Source of the DNA: Octopus sinensis
Taxonomy: Eukaryota
Assembly (NCBI RefSeq): GCF_006345805.1
Contig: NC_043000.1
Span: 34,844,001-34,908,000 of the forward strand
Reading direction: 5' to 3'
Length of the DNA stretch: 64,000 nt
Position numbers and translations under genes: made by a program. This document shows positions 10,021 to 23,414 of this stretch, piece by piece. The first letter of the stretch is position 1. Each line of letters opens with the position of its first letter. Under the pieces are notes generated by a model. The model saw only the letters and a program-made list of their open reading frames with translations, made no database searches and was not told the DNA's origin.

Positions 10021-11541
10021 AATATAATAATATGTAATGTGTGTGTGGTGATGATATGAACAAAACTTAAACCACTCACTTTTAATTAAAGTTCATTATA
10101 TAAGAAAAGATACATCAATTTAACTATAGGTGATGTACTGTCAGTTTCACAACAGTATATAATAGCTATAAAAATGGCAGTACGTCTCTTCACTTAAATT
10201 ATCTCTATCTTCTTTTCTTATATATACACGTGTGTGTGTGTGTGTATGTGAATCTTCACCATTTCTCTAAATCTTTACACCAAATGAAGATATTTAATTA
10301 TTTATAGTTAATAATAAATAATTATCAATATTAATTAATTATCATTAATAATGCTTCTTTTGTTTGCAAAGTGTTGAGATGTCTGTCAATGTACATAAGT
10401 TATATTTTTCTGTCTCTGATTCTATCTGGATATTTAGATCTGGACGGATATTTACTGGAGTATCATGTGACAAGAGATGCAGTGTGGGTTTATATGATTC
10501 AGTTTTCAGTTTTGATGTGGATGAACTCCCTGAATAATAATTTCAAATTGATACGGTTTCCTATCCACTCATGACTTCTACTCATATGATCTCTCTTTGT
10601 AAACAACTGGGCATCTCAAAATGTGTTGATTATTTTGGTAGTTTTTTTTTTCGTGCCTTGGATCTTTTGTAGTTCAAAATTGGATGATAAGTTATTTTTA
10701 CCTTTAGTCGACAGATCTGCCGAACCATTGTTGGCTTTCAGATTAGCTCATTTTCTCTCTGTCCTCTCTTGCAGGAAACTAATTAATTAAAACTTTCTCT
10801 CTCCCTCTCTCTCTCTTTCTCTTTTTATTAAATATATATTTTTTTAATTTCCCATTTAGTTTTACCTTTTATTTAATATTTTTTGTTGGTTTGTTTTTAC
10901 CACAGTCTTTATCCTAAATGCATTTACCTTTGTGTTTGTGCCCTTGTTTCCTTAAACATGGAACAGAGAATGTAGATTTTGCAAACAGTCTGCCTTTGCT
11001 AGCTTTGGAGAATTTTTATAGACTCCTTATGGTTATTTTGTAAGACTTGTATTTTTGTACTGCATGTGGTAGAAAAATTCTCCTTGTGCTTAGTTAAATC
11101 AAGTATTAATGTCTAACTGGTTAAAATTATACCCTTAGTGAAGAGGAAAAAATCATTAACTTTGTTAATTCTGATCAGGAAAGGTAAGGGAGATAACTTT
11201 GAAATCTACATTGATGGATGCAGAATTTGAGTAATTTTCTGGGTTTTCTATCTTAACTCTAAAGTTCACTACCTTCACTTTTTTTTTTGTAACTGTAGTT
11301 TTTGTTTGCAGTGGTTTATGTCATTTTTTTTCTGGCTTTGAGTTTGGTTTTTAATATTAGTCTGATTCTTCTGTAGTACTTTTTTTTGTATTTTTCACCT
11401 TCATTTTTGGGAGTTCTATCCTATCAATACACAAATAGGTGTTTCTCTTCTAATTTTCTGATTTCAGTGTTTAAAGCTAATTTGATATTTTTAGTTTGGG
11501 TAAATTTACATTTTGAAAGTGTTGGGCTTCACAGAAGCCAA

Positions 11542-12041
11542 TGTCCATCAACCTATTTCCCTTATAAAGTATTAGTTAATCTGTAGCTGTAGCTGAAAAG
11601 ACCAGCTAACAATGTCCACATAGGACATTATGTCGTGCTTGAGAAGGAGGCCCATCAAGCCGAATGAAACTGCAGTCATGGCAGATACCAGTGTCATGCA
11701 AATGGCACTGATGTCAGTGGTACATAAAAGCACCCATTACACTTGGAGTGGTTGGCGTTAAGAAGGGCATCCAGCCATAGAAAACCATGCCAAATCAGAC
11801 TGGAGTTTTGTGCAGCCTTTCAACTTACCAGCCCTGGTCAAATCGTTCAATCCATGCCAGCATGGGCAACAGATGTTAAATGATAATGAAAGAGATGCTA
11901 GCATGCCTGTATGGTAAAGAAATTTGCCTTGGCATCACTTGATCAGGGGTTTGGTCCTCCTATGTGGACATTGTTAGCTGGTCTTTTCAGCTACAGTTAC
12001 AGATTAACTAATACTTTATGAGGGAAATAGGTTGATGGACA
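11542..12041. repeat. 84-bp inverted repeat (11542-11625 and 11958-12041) enclosing an RTE 3' end (about 11626-11890)
   Basis: Direct comparison gives 82/84 identity between the left arm and the reverse complement of the right arm. Confidence 0.95.
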
Positions 12042-13249
12042 CTCAGAAAGGCTGTCATTTGTTTGTTAACATCAATTTTTCCTTGCTAGCTTAGGTCAGA
12101 CAAATATGTTATCAAAACATTGTTTTACAGTTAGATGATGCTCCTGATGCTAAACCTTCCTTGTTTCCAAGTGAGGGATCTTTTATACTACAAGCTTCAA
12201 AGATAAGTGGATGATATCTTGATTAGAGAAATGCCAACAAAACACTGTGTGAATGCTGTACCTTTTGAAAATGCAAACGGCAAATTTAAGTAAACACAGA
12301 AACACACATGCAAGTATGTACCCCTCCCCCCACATGCACATTTGTGCATGACATCTTATTCTCTGTTTCTGTTTTACTGAATTCTCCAACAAGGCTTTTG
12401 ATAGCCTGACTTGATAGTATAGGGCAGTTGCTCAAGGTGCTGCTGCATAGGAGTGAATGTGAAACCATATAGTTGGGAGGCAAACTTCCTAACCTCTCAA
12501 GCCATGCTTGCACCTACACACACACACACTCTCTCTCTCTCTCATATATATTTGTGTGAGTGAGTTTGTATTTCTCCTCATTTTCGTACATGTGTGCTGT
12601 TTGTAGGTTAAAAAGCCCCACTGTTCTTATGACCAACATTGTTTGCTTGCAGACTGCTGCATAAGCATGTTCAGGCTTGTTGACTTAACTTGACATATGT
12701 TGTTTGTAAACAATGTCATTTGTCTCTAGTTATCCAAATAACCATGTCCAAGCTGTTTGATGCTTGATAAGACTAGGGAGATATAATCATCTTGCTTGGA
12801 AACAAGGGACAACATTTGGCCATAGAAAACTTGGCTTTAGTGTAACTTTGTCAGACTCATGCAAGAATAGAAAAGTAAACTATAAACTAATAATGATGAT
12901 GAAAGAATAAGTTTGGCACATTTCTCTAATGCCATACACATTTCAATGTCACTGCTGAATCCTTGTACAATATTTGGTAAGTTCTCCAGTTTGCATTTTT
13001 TTCAAAATCACCCTTATAGATGAAACAGCTTGTTCATAACATTTGCAACCATTGGTTGAACAATCAGACAGAAGAAATGTAATGGCAATTAGGAATTTTC
13101 CTCAAAAATTTCTCTTCATCTTACTGTATTATTGCCCCATCCTTATTCTATATGATATAGCTGATATATTGTCTTAGTACACTCCCTAATATCTGGGAGT
13201 GTAATATGCTGTCACAAGAGTTTTGGTTATCAAACTATGCTTTGATTTT

Positions 13250-13830
13250 TGTTTCACCTTCTGGTGTCTCCAGTAGGTCTGCACATCCTTATATATATCT
13301 TTTCAACACTGTTTCTAGTCTTTTCTTTTATGATAACTTCATCTTTCAGATGACCCAATCTGTTGATGACCAGAGATAACAAGACTTTATATGTTGTTGG
13401 TAAACAAGTTATTGGTCTGTATTTTTCAGGGTCCTTGCAGTTTTGGGCTAGTAATATTGTTTTTTCTTTATCCAAGTGTTGATTCTGGTCTTTGTAGTAT
13501 TTCATCGAATGCTACTGATTTATGTGTATGACTTGAGAATTTTAACCAGAGATTTGGGGTCTTTATTAATCCTGGAAGCCTTCCAAACTAGTGGTCTTCA
13601 TTGTATTGGTAAATTTTTCACTAATTATGCAGGGCCATGCTTGTGGTGTTATTGTATTTCTTTTTTATTCTCCATTTCCTTTCTTATCCATTGTACATCT
13701 CTATTGTCATCTACACACTGCTTCCATATGCTCTTCCAATACAACTGTATGTCTATTGTTGTTGGTTTATCTTTCATTGTGATGATCTTTTTTATTGATG
13801 TCTCAGTAGATTTGTTTAGCAATTGTTAAC
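13250..13830 (-). mobile_element. R4/Dong-like non-LTR retrotransposon RT fragment (pseudogenised)
   Basis: YWKSIW...VQWIRKE...WKASRINK, then KTILLAQNCKDPEKYRPITCLPTTYKVLLSLV; the YRPITCLPTxYK form is typical of R4/Dong-type RTs; stops and frameshifts present. Confidence 0.8.
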
Positions 13831-14861
13831 ATGATTCTAATAGCAGATATGGTCATAGTTTACTTTATATTAGAGGCTGATGGAACTAATTGTAAAAGTT
13901 GAGCATGGCCTTAATTATATTTGAAATATTCAGTTCAATCACTTCAGTTCAGTGTTCAAATCTCAAGATTAATTTTAACTTTTTCCACTCTGAGCTAATA
14001 GAATAAATATCAGTAATAATATATTAGACTATTGAAATTGTCTTTGTCCCTTCTCTTGAAGAATTATCATGTGGCTATTTCCTTGCCTCACCCAGTATTC
14101 ATAATCAATAAATGTATACAATAATTGTTGGTTTTGCCTCATGAATATTCTCCTTCCCATTCAGCTTCTACCTTATTCCTCATATCAACCCAGGTTTACG
14201 ATTGTTTACTCTTTTTATTCTTTGTCTTGTGTCAATATTTAATTTACCCAATAAACTATCTCCTACCAGTATATTTCGTGTGTGTGTGTGTGTGTGTGTG
14301 TATATGTAGTTAGTAGTTCCACTTTAGATGAATGCCATAGATTTATGATGAACCATGCTGAACCTTCCAGGAGAAGGACAACAAGAAACCATAGTGAGGT
14401 TTTAGCAAAGTTAAAGGAAAAGGATAGACTAAGCTGATAGCAAAGGTAAGGCCATCTGCTGGGTCAAAGTATAACTGCACTGGCAAGGCAGTCTTGTGGA
14501 GAGCTGCACAAGTGACATAGAGGAGACAAATTGATTAATGCTTTTTTGTTAACTTAAATACTTGAGCATCTCTTCATTCCATCAATACTGTTTGGCATTG
14601 AAATTTATGTGCACTCTGACCTAATATTGTGTTGTTGATGATGAAGATGACCCAGCATCATCTGTATATTGATTCTGATCTCTCTCATACACACACGTGC
14701 GTGCATATATATATATGTATATATTGTGTGTCTCTTGATTTAATTTCAAAAAGTTTTTTCTCTTACATGCTTACAGTTAATTTCAATATTTAACTGGTTT
14801 TCTTCTTGTATTCCCTTCTGGTGAGCCTTTTACAGAATAGAAATTTTATTTATCATATATA

Positions 14862-15281
14862 AGGTGGTGAACTGGCAGAAATGTTAGCACGCCGGGCGAA
14901 ATGCTTAGCGGTATTTTGTCTGCCGCTACGTTCTGAGTTCAAATTCTGCCAAGGTCGACTTTGCTTTCATCCTTTCAGGGTCGATAAATTAAGTACCAGT
15001 TACGCACTGGGGTTGATGTAATCGACTTGATACCTATTTCTGTCCTTGTTTGTCCCCTCTATGTTTAGCCCCCGTAGTGGGTAATAAAGAAATAGGTATT
15101 TTGTCTGCCATTACATTCTGAGTTCCAATTCGACCAAGGTCGACTTTGCCTTTCATCCTTTCGGGGTCGATAAAATTAAGTACCAGTTACACACTGGGGT
15201 TGATGTAATCGACTTAATCCCTTTGTCTGTCCTTGTTTGTTCTCTCTATGTTTAGCTCCTTGTGGGCAATAACGAAATAAG
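14862..15281 (+). mobile_element. Young SINE family A with tandemly duplicated 3' two-thirds
   Basis: CpG-intact head 'gttagcacgccgggcgaaatgcttagcgg'; the block 'ggtattttgtctgcc...aataa(a/c)gaaata' occurs twice (from about 14909 and 15095). Confidence 0.92.
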
Positions 15282-17050
15282 AAATTTTATTTATTAGAGG
15301 TGTGTGTGTGTATATATATCTGTTTGGGTTTGAAACAGCTAGTTCGATGTCAGATCAGCATGGAGTAAATAAATTTGGAATAATTATAAAATAGGTAATC
15401 ATTTCAGTTGATTGCTAAATATGACTGTTTAAAAATGAACTCGTTTGATTGTTAAAGCTCTGTGACTAGGAATATTTGTTGTACCTTTGACAAGATATGA
15501 ACTGTTAACCATTCAGCTGATTGTCCAATGCCCTATCCACTACACCAGTGGATTGTCTTATATGTACTGTTTGCAAAATTTTATTTTTGTTTATCAGAAA
15601 ATATTGTTTATAGATAAAATTTTCTTCATGAACTTCTAAATATACATAAAACTTTATACTGTATTATTGCTGAAAAAATCTTTTGACCCTTATTGTTCTG
15701 CTTGATTGCATTTTGAAATATCTTCCTGTCTTTCTCTCAAATTATGATTGCGTCTCAGCACATCTAGAATGAATTATAAAATCAACAACAAAATTGAAAA
15801 AGGAAAATATATTTCCAAAAACTATCAAAAGTGATAGAGAAAACTTTTTATCATATAAATATATTTTTAATTCCGATAATTTTAGTTTCGTTTTTAGTAC
15901 CTTAATTTTTTGTTTATATATTTTCATGCTGTATTTCACACCCAAACATGTACGCACACACACACACTTACATATATATATATATAAAATTGTACTTGTA
16001 TGATTTATCTGGAATGCTACTAGAAACAAGGAGTTATTGTGAATTATAAATATTTGAACAGCTCTAAACAATATCCTTGATAAAACAACACAGATTCATA
16101 ATAAAATCTGAATTAATTTCTTTATTGTCTCATCTCTACCTTCATTGAATAGAAGTAATTCATATAACACACTTATTTTTGAACAGTTTTTTTCGCTTTT
16201 CATATACTTTCTTTTAAAATTCATTTTATTTTTTTTCCATTAATTTTTTGTGTGTATCTTAGCTTAATTTTTTTTCTTTTTAAAATAGTTCTTTGGAAAC
16301 CTAATTGCATGAGATGTAGATCATATGAGCAAGATAATTTCTAAGCATTTGTTTTTATAATCTTCAAAATATGGCAACTGTTGTAGCTAAAGGCTTTCAC
16401 TGACTTAGAAAATACCATCAACAAAAAAAAATATTCTTTATGGACATACATACATACATACATATATACATACTTAGATGTATGGGTAGAGTGGGAGAAC
16501 AATATTTGAATTATCCATTAATTTCCTTGTTAAATATCAGTTAATTACAGAAAATAAATCACCTTGTGAAATAATTTATTAATATTTTTTACTTGATTTC
16601 TATTTGTATTGTCAGTGAAAAAAGCAACAAAACAATTGTGTATCTTTGATCAATATAGAATTTTCATTAAGTTGCATTGATATTTTCTTGTATTTCACTG
16701 AAACTTAAGTTCCTGTTTTTGATCTGATATATTTTTTGAAATCAATTTTGACCTAAGTTTGTATATATTTAATTTTTTTTAATTTTTGTTTCTATTTGTA
16801 GAAACTATTTTGTATATTAGAGAAATCTATATGTAAACAAATAATCTATTCAATAAAATTCATTTGTATTATGTTATTTAAAAAATAATTTAAACAATAA
16901 AAAAAAACTCTGTTTGTAAAACTTTTCTATTAAATTCATTTTGGTAAAAAGAGGGTGGGAGAATCTTTTCAAAGTTTGTTTTTCATGTGTTGTAGGTTTC
17001 TGAATGTCTGTGCTGATATGGTTTCTTTTCTTCTCTGATCACTCTTTCAG

Positions 17051-17137
17051 TATTTTATTGACTTGCTGCTGGTGTACTCACTGTTCTTACTGTCAAATGC
17101 ACTGTAACATCCATGTTAGTTTGATACATGCTGTTGG
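17051..17137 (+). other. Candidate 87-nt exon
   Basis: Acceptor 'ttcttttcttctctgatcactctttcag|', donor 'TGG|gtaagt', one open frame (ILLTCCWCTHCSYCQMHCNIHVSLIHAV); may be non-coding. Confidence 0.3.
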
Positions 17138-17503
17138 GTAAGTAAATGCTATAATTTCTACTGTTTTAATGATTAAAATGATTCTGTTTCCATGAGCCAC
17201 AGAAGATTTTAGCATTTCATGCTTGAAAAAAGAATTTCTTTTCAGATAAAATTTCCATTTACAGCAGGTAACATTCCCTGAAGATTTGGTATTTATATTG
17301 CCTTTACCTAAATGAACTGAAGCATACCATAATCACAAATAAATGAATAAACAAACACATAGAATTTGAACCCTTCATCCATTCATTTGAATTGTGACAC
17401 TCTTCTTTGATTGGCCACTTCAGCTCTATGTTTTATTGATTAATGAAATGAACAAGCCAGCAGTAACAATTTTTTACTCGTAAACTGTAATCAAATATAT
17501 TAG

Positions 17504-17563
17504 TTTGACATTGAGAAGTTTGTGCCTATGGCCTTCTTCACGGCACCCTGCTTCCCAAAATTG
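17504..17563 (+). CDS. Candidate 60-nt exon, FDIEKFVPMAFFTAPCFPKL (phase 0)
   Basis: 'atattag|' acceptor, 'TTG|gtgaga' donor, open frame. Confidence 0.3.
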
Positions 17564-17812
17564 GTGAGATATTGGTAACAGAATAGGGGGTGGGGTGAGA
17601 GAAGGAAAAGAAGTAGAAGTGGTACAAACATTATCTAGGTCCAGGGAGCAGAAGAGGACAGTGTAGTAGTAGTAGTAGTAAAAAGAAAGTTTTGAGAGAG
17701 GAAACCGCATATCTGTGAACCAAGGGTTCAAATGTGTTGGTGAGAATTCATGTTAACCAGTGACTTTTTTTTTCTGGCTGTATGTGTATCAGCAACATAA
17801 TTTTATGTGCAG

Positions 17813-17875
17813 GAACAGCAGTATTATGTTGTATGCCCACCTAAGCTTTGTAGAGGGTTATCAGTATTTGTTGAA
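17813..17875 (+). CDS. Candidate 63-nt exon, EQQYYVVCPPKLCRGLSVFVE (phase 0)
   Basis: 'ttttatgtgcag|' acceptor, 'GAA|gtatga' donor, in phase with 17504-17563. Confidence 0.3.
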
Positions 17876-17960
17876 GTATGAAGAAAAGGACCAGTCTTGG
17901 TGATGCAGTCTGATGCATGATAATTTTTAATGAAACCACAATGTTTGGAATTTTGTGGGA

Positions 17961-17982
17961 AAGAAAGAAAGAAAGAAAGATA

Positions 17983-18046
<64 letters not shown>
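17961..18046. repeat. Compound (AAAG)n(AGAT)n(AG)n microsatellite
   Basis: Direct reading. Confidence 0.95.
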
Positions 18047-18048
<2 letters not shown>

Positions 18049-18294
18049 AACTGCACTTAGAATTGAATTGATTGTTAGAAAGAGCCAAACCCATCCATCT
18101 CAGTTAAAAATGTAATCTTATATGACATGAATTGATTTCTTAGATAAGTATAAGACTAGAAACCTTATGGAATGGATCAGGCAATTCTGACAACCCCTAT
18201 TCATGACTGGTTCTTTATTTAAGGACCCCATAATAATGAAAAGCAAATTTGACTACAGTGAGATTTGAACTCTTTAAATTAAATCAATATTAAG

Positions 18295-18343
<49 letters not shown>

Positions 18344-18603
18344 TATCCAACCATGTTATAACTCTATTCTTCATATGTGGTTCACCATCACTGCCATATA
18401 TGATGGAGGGTTATGCCAGAAGAAACGTTTGAGAGTCCCTGCTGTATGTAAATCAATTAAAACTAATCAATCGGGAATTAAAATGTTTTATACACTCCAC
18501 TCCCCAAAATAATTTAGCATTTAATGATTCTTTGAAATTCCCTAAATTTTATAAACTTCTACTAAAGTTTTGCAAGTTGATTGTGTAGAGATGTATGAAT
18601 GTG

Positions 18604-18635
<32 letters not shown>

Positions 18636-19959
18636 CACCCCGTTGCATATAGGCATGTGTTGTGTTGGTTTGTGTTGAGTTATGTTTTTTGTGTTGGCAT
18701 TTGGGCAAGTTTTTGTTTGAATGTGAGTAGTTAATGATGTTTCCTAGAGTTTTGTCTGTATGTGCTTTGTTGCATGTGCACATGTATGGGTGATGTCTTT
18801 TTTTTTTTTCGTTTTAGTATTTTTTCATGTCAACATGCAGCTAATTTAAAAGTTTTACCTGAATTTTTAAAGCAAGTGATCCTTATACCAACCACTCAAC
18901 CTCAATTCTGAAAACATAATTAGATTAATTAAATTTGTCTATTTACAAATTGCTGTGTTTATGGCATGCTTTGAACAAAGACATTTGTGTATGTGTGTGA
19001 TTAAGCAGCATGAAATCAATTTTAACTGTATGTAATTTCACTAAATGGTAAAGATGGCACAAATAGTATAGAATTAAATTCAAAAATTTTCAATGTTTAG
19101 ATGGGGTTTCATAATTCTTAGTTCAAACTGTGAACTTCATTTGTTACATTCATTGTTACATTGATAACCACTTGTAAATATCCTGGTATTCATTCAATTG
19201 GCTACATCCTTTCTACTTAGAAAAACTATTGTACTTAAGACATGGTTACATTGTGTAGTGTGTGTATGTGTGTGTGAGAAAGAGAGAGAGAGAGAGATTT
19301 TTTAATTCATTAAAAGAGATTGATTGTAGTGCTGAACTTAAAGCACCTGAATAAAGTAGGAGTTGCAGTGGAAGAATTAATGATCAGTTGTTATTGTTGT
19401 AGTAGGGTGATGGATTAATGTGCTGGGCAAAATGCCTGACTGTATTTACTTAAGGCCTTCTACAGTCTAGGTTCAAGTCCCAACAAGGTTGATAAATAAG
19501 TACCTGTTATATACTAGGGATTCTGATTGTCACCCTTAGCTAAGCTGTTCTTGATTCAATTTAATTTCTGACCTTGTATTTATGCTACAAATTCTTATTA
19601 TAGTTGTAAATACCAATATCATTATCAACCATTATAATAAACACCAGACATTGACATCCGTAACAAACATTATTCCAACAAATGTATAAGCTCCTGAAGA
19701 GGCTTCAAAATGCTCCCTTAATATGCTAAAAGCAGCAACTAAATCACCCTGAAAAATCACGTCTTCCATCTGTTTGATTGCTTTTCTTTTTTTTTTAGTT
19801 ACATCTCATGTATAATTAATCTACTAAACATGCAAATAGAATCCAAACCATGCTACAATCATTGTATTGTGCTTCTATGAATCAGCTGATGATAAAAGTA
19901 AATGGATTGCCTCAAGTTGTTTCATCAACCAAACTACCAACTTTATGAATTATAGTATC

Positions 19960-20180
19960 ACTGGCTGAGTATTTCACAGACACCTGTACTTTTAACCTTC
20001 ACTAGAATCAGTGATGCAGCCTGTAATAAGGTTGGCCCCCTTCATTAGTTTCTGTCTCCATCAGTTTCAGTAGAGCAGGGACTATGGTAGCAAACAGACA
20101 CTTATCTTAGCATGTTGCACAGAGGGATCAAACTCATGACCTTGTGATTGCAAAGCACATTTGTTTATCATTTGGCCACC
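19960..20180 (-). mobile_element. Degenerate SINE family C
   Basis: Minus head 'ggtggccaaatgataa...gagtttgatccc' and body similar to 31165-31420. Confidence 0.55.
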
Positions 20181-21342
20181 ACACTTTAGTGATATGATGA
20201 CTCTAGAGAGTGAAGACTAACCCAACTGCAAAACCATTTACTCCACCAATAATATTGACATTCATAAAATTGCTAAACAACAATTGTGTGATTAAATGGT
20301 TACTTTTATTGTTTATCTATTTGTTTTCAAAATTATTATTTCAAAATGTTTTTAGAACATTTTGCTAGATTCTGTAGACAGAGTTTTTTAAACATTCTGT
20401 TTGAATGCCTTGAACCACTTAGGTCCATCATTTTTATCATTGCTGTGGCTAGAAGTCATTGGTGCTGCCATTATTTTTTTTCTGTCTATCTGTTTAACTC
20501 GTTTCTTTTTTCTAGTTTCTAAATATATTTGTTGTTTATATCATTTTTATTACCAAAATTATTGTTCATTAACCAGTTTATTTTACATCTATCTTTCTAT
20601 ACTTGCATACTTACATTTTATCTCTGTTAAATTAATTGATTGCTGTTTGACAGCTAATATTACTTAATGAACAAATTATGTTAAAAATGTATTTTTTAAT
20701 AATAATTATGATGAGCTTATTGTAATATAGTGCTAAGATGCATTACAACAGGTCAGAAAACGTTTTTTTACCATTTTCTGACTGAGTGTTCAGAAAGCAG
20801 TTATAAGTCAAGTAAGGAAAGACAGCAATGATAGTCAAAATTACATGTACAGAACAACAGTTAAAGCAAAAAGATAAAAAAGTTACACAGGACCCTGTCT
20901 TGTATAGGAACTTTGTCAGCATGATATTGCATCAATTGTTTTTATTATAAATTGTTTTAATTTACATTTTAACATTACACCAGATTTCTGTTTCTGTAAG
21001 TTACACAAATAACAATATGTGTTCCATACTAGTGAACATAAAAGCAAAAGAATGAGTGTTTTTGAGAAATGATACTCATTAGGTTGCAGCAGTATCATTA
21101 CACAGAGGGGGAAAGAAAATCACAATAGGCTATTGTAAAAGGTAAATTTAGAGTAAAGTTAGTTATGTTTCAGAAGAATAGATAAAACTGTAGTCCGCTA
21201 TAATATGAAATTAGTTTAACCTATCTCCCAAAGGCATGGCAAACTAATGCTCTCTCTCTCTCTCTCTTGTTTCCCCATTCTTTATCAAATATAGTTTCAC
21301 AGTTTCTAGCAGAGAGCAGTGATGCCTCTTTTCTATAAATAG

Positions 21343-21397
21343 GTTGCAAGACTAAGTTGGGACCGATTACCAGTTTAGGTCCAGTGGAAAGAGTTCA
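21343..21397 (+). CDS. Candidate exon (G)CKTKLGPITSLGPVERV(Q)
   Basis: 'gcctcttttctataaatag|' acceptor, single open frame, 'CA|gtaatg' donor or immediate stop. Confidence 0.25.
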
Positions 21398-23414
21398 GTA
21401 ATGACACACAATAATAAACATGTTCCACAAGTACCTGTCGTATATTTGGGTTATTACTTGAGTGATTATTTATCTTCTGAACAACTGACTCTCAGAATAT
21501 CAACAACTTTGCTGTTCCCTGCTGGTATTGGTGTCAGCAGTGGCAGATTCATGTTTAAGACATATTGAAAAAGATAGATTTGATGTCAATGAAGGGGTTT
21601 TCATATTTTCTTTCAACATTTTAACCTGCTTTGTTGTTTGATTAAATACTTGACATTTTTTACACTTTAATTACTATTTAATTAAATTCATTATATCAAA
21701 TTGCTTTCTTTATGTTTCATTAGTTTGCACCAACTAAAATGTCACTTATAAGTCTCTTAATATTTGCCTTCTTCATACTTCAATCAATGAATTAATAACC
21801 CTCCCCCCCACTTTTTTATGAATGTTTGTTAGAGAGTTCATTATAAGTCAAAATTTTTTTTACATTTAGCCATTAAAAAAAATTCTTTCTTTTCAATTTG
21901 TTATATATTTAAGATGATTTTTTTGATATAATTTAATCCAGAATTTAAAATCTAGGTTTTAAATAAAAAAAAAAAATTTATATTTATCTACAGACACCAT
22001 GTCCTTGATTATAACATTAGCATGTTACTTGTATAATTGCTAATATCCTAAAATAATTAAACAGAATCATAAACCTGCTGCTGCCACGCATCTCCTTTTC
22101 TTTATATTATTTATTTTCCTTTCTCTTTTTTTTTTCCACATTCAAAATTTCTTAAATGAATTGACATTGCTCACTTTCATTTCTTTCAAATTTATCTTTG
22201 GCATTCTCTATTCTTTCACCAGTTTTTTAAGTACTTTGATTTTAATTTCCTCTGATTTTTAATTAGCCTTGAGAAATCTTTTTAGTATGATTACAACCTT
22301 TTACGGAATATTTTTAATAGGTATGTTAGATGTTGTTTTTTCCTGACGTATTTCCAAATTTTAAGTTGGAATATGAGTGTTTGTGTTTGTAAGCCAGTCA
22401 TTTATAATAATTGGAGCCTTTTGTGAAGTCATCATAGCTTTGTGTTTACACTCGTTTCTTCATCGTCATAGCCAGTTCTACTCTGTTGATTTCATAGAAA
22501 GGAAATGAAACCCTTCTGTCACCATTCAGTGTTCAGCTTCAACACTCATTGCCAATATCCAAGCAGCTGTTTTGCTGCCAACTTCTATATAATGTCTTCT
22601 TTTTCAATCATTTGAAGATTTGATTATTTTGATTTATACAAAATATAAAATGTTGAACATTAGCAGAAAGATTCATACATACTTTAAAGAGACTAAGCCA
22701 ATAGACCTTTTAGTTAATTTCCAGCATTCAAAAAAAACAAATATTTTCCAGCACAAATACTTGTAAATGAAAAGTATTTCCAGGACACATTTGTTGTGGT
22801 TTGTGGGTAAAATTCTTGACTCCAGTGTAGGTGAATTTAGGGTGTGGCAGGATTTAATGCTGATTGAAAATCGGTGACACCATATTACCTGTGGTGTGAA
22901 GATGATTCAAGTTTCTTCTGCTACAACAGCTCCTAAGCATACACTTGCTCTGTATAAGGACAAATACTATAACAATATCTTTGACTATGAAGTAATGCAC
23001 TGAAAACTATATATATTGTTTTTAGTGCATATATGTGTATAGAATATATTTTTCTCTAGCCAGATACCCTTCCTGTTGCAAAACTTCACCTGTTTCCAAG
23101 CCAGGTATTATTTCCCAATGGGCAGGCATGTTTTCACAGACTGTTAAGAATGACACTACTTGTATGATAATGACACAATCTGAATAGAAAGCAGTAACAG
23201 TTTTAGTAGGATCTGTTGTGGGAGGTGAACTGACACTTATCAGTTTGTCCAGCTAGCTAATAAGCTGAGACTTTGAAGTCACTGTCAGCTTTTTTCTTGA
23301 AAAAATTAATAATTATGTACACTACTAAAAAGTATTGCATGAGTCTTTGATTCAATGATTAATTGCTTTATATAAATCTTTACACAAAAACAAACTCTAT
23401 ATATGTGTGCTTCA

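Noticed and set aside
10371-10574. FN3-like string DLDGYLLEYHVTRDAVW, and alternative frame SGRIFTGVSCDKRCSVGLYDSVFSFDVDELPE*
   Set aside because: Two competing frames, no downstream FN3 signature, weak donors.
10702-10950. Minus-strand exon-like segments (10928-10950 and 10702-10778)
   Set aside because: Good splice motifs, but the larger one has stops in all three frames and overlaps a strong plus-strand acceptor; cannot be resolved.
19690-19750. CUGAAGA followed by a Penelope-like tail
   Set aside because: No stem II or GAAA core can be drawn; at most a decayed hammerhead relic.
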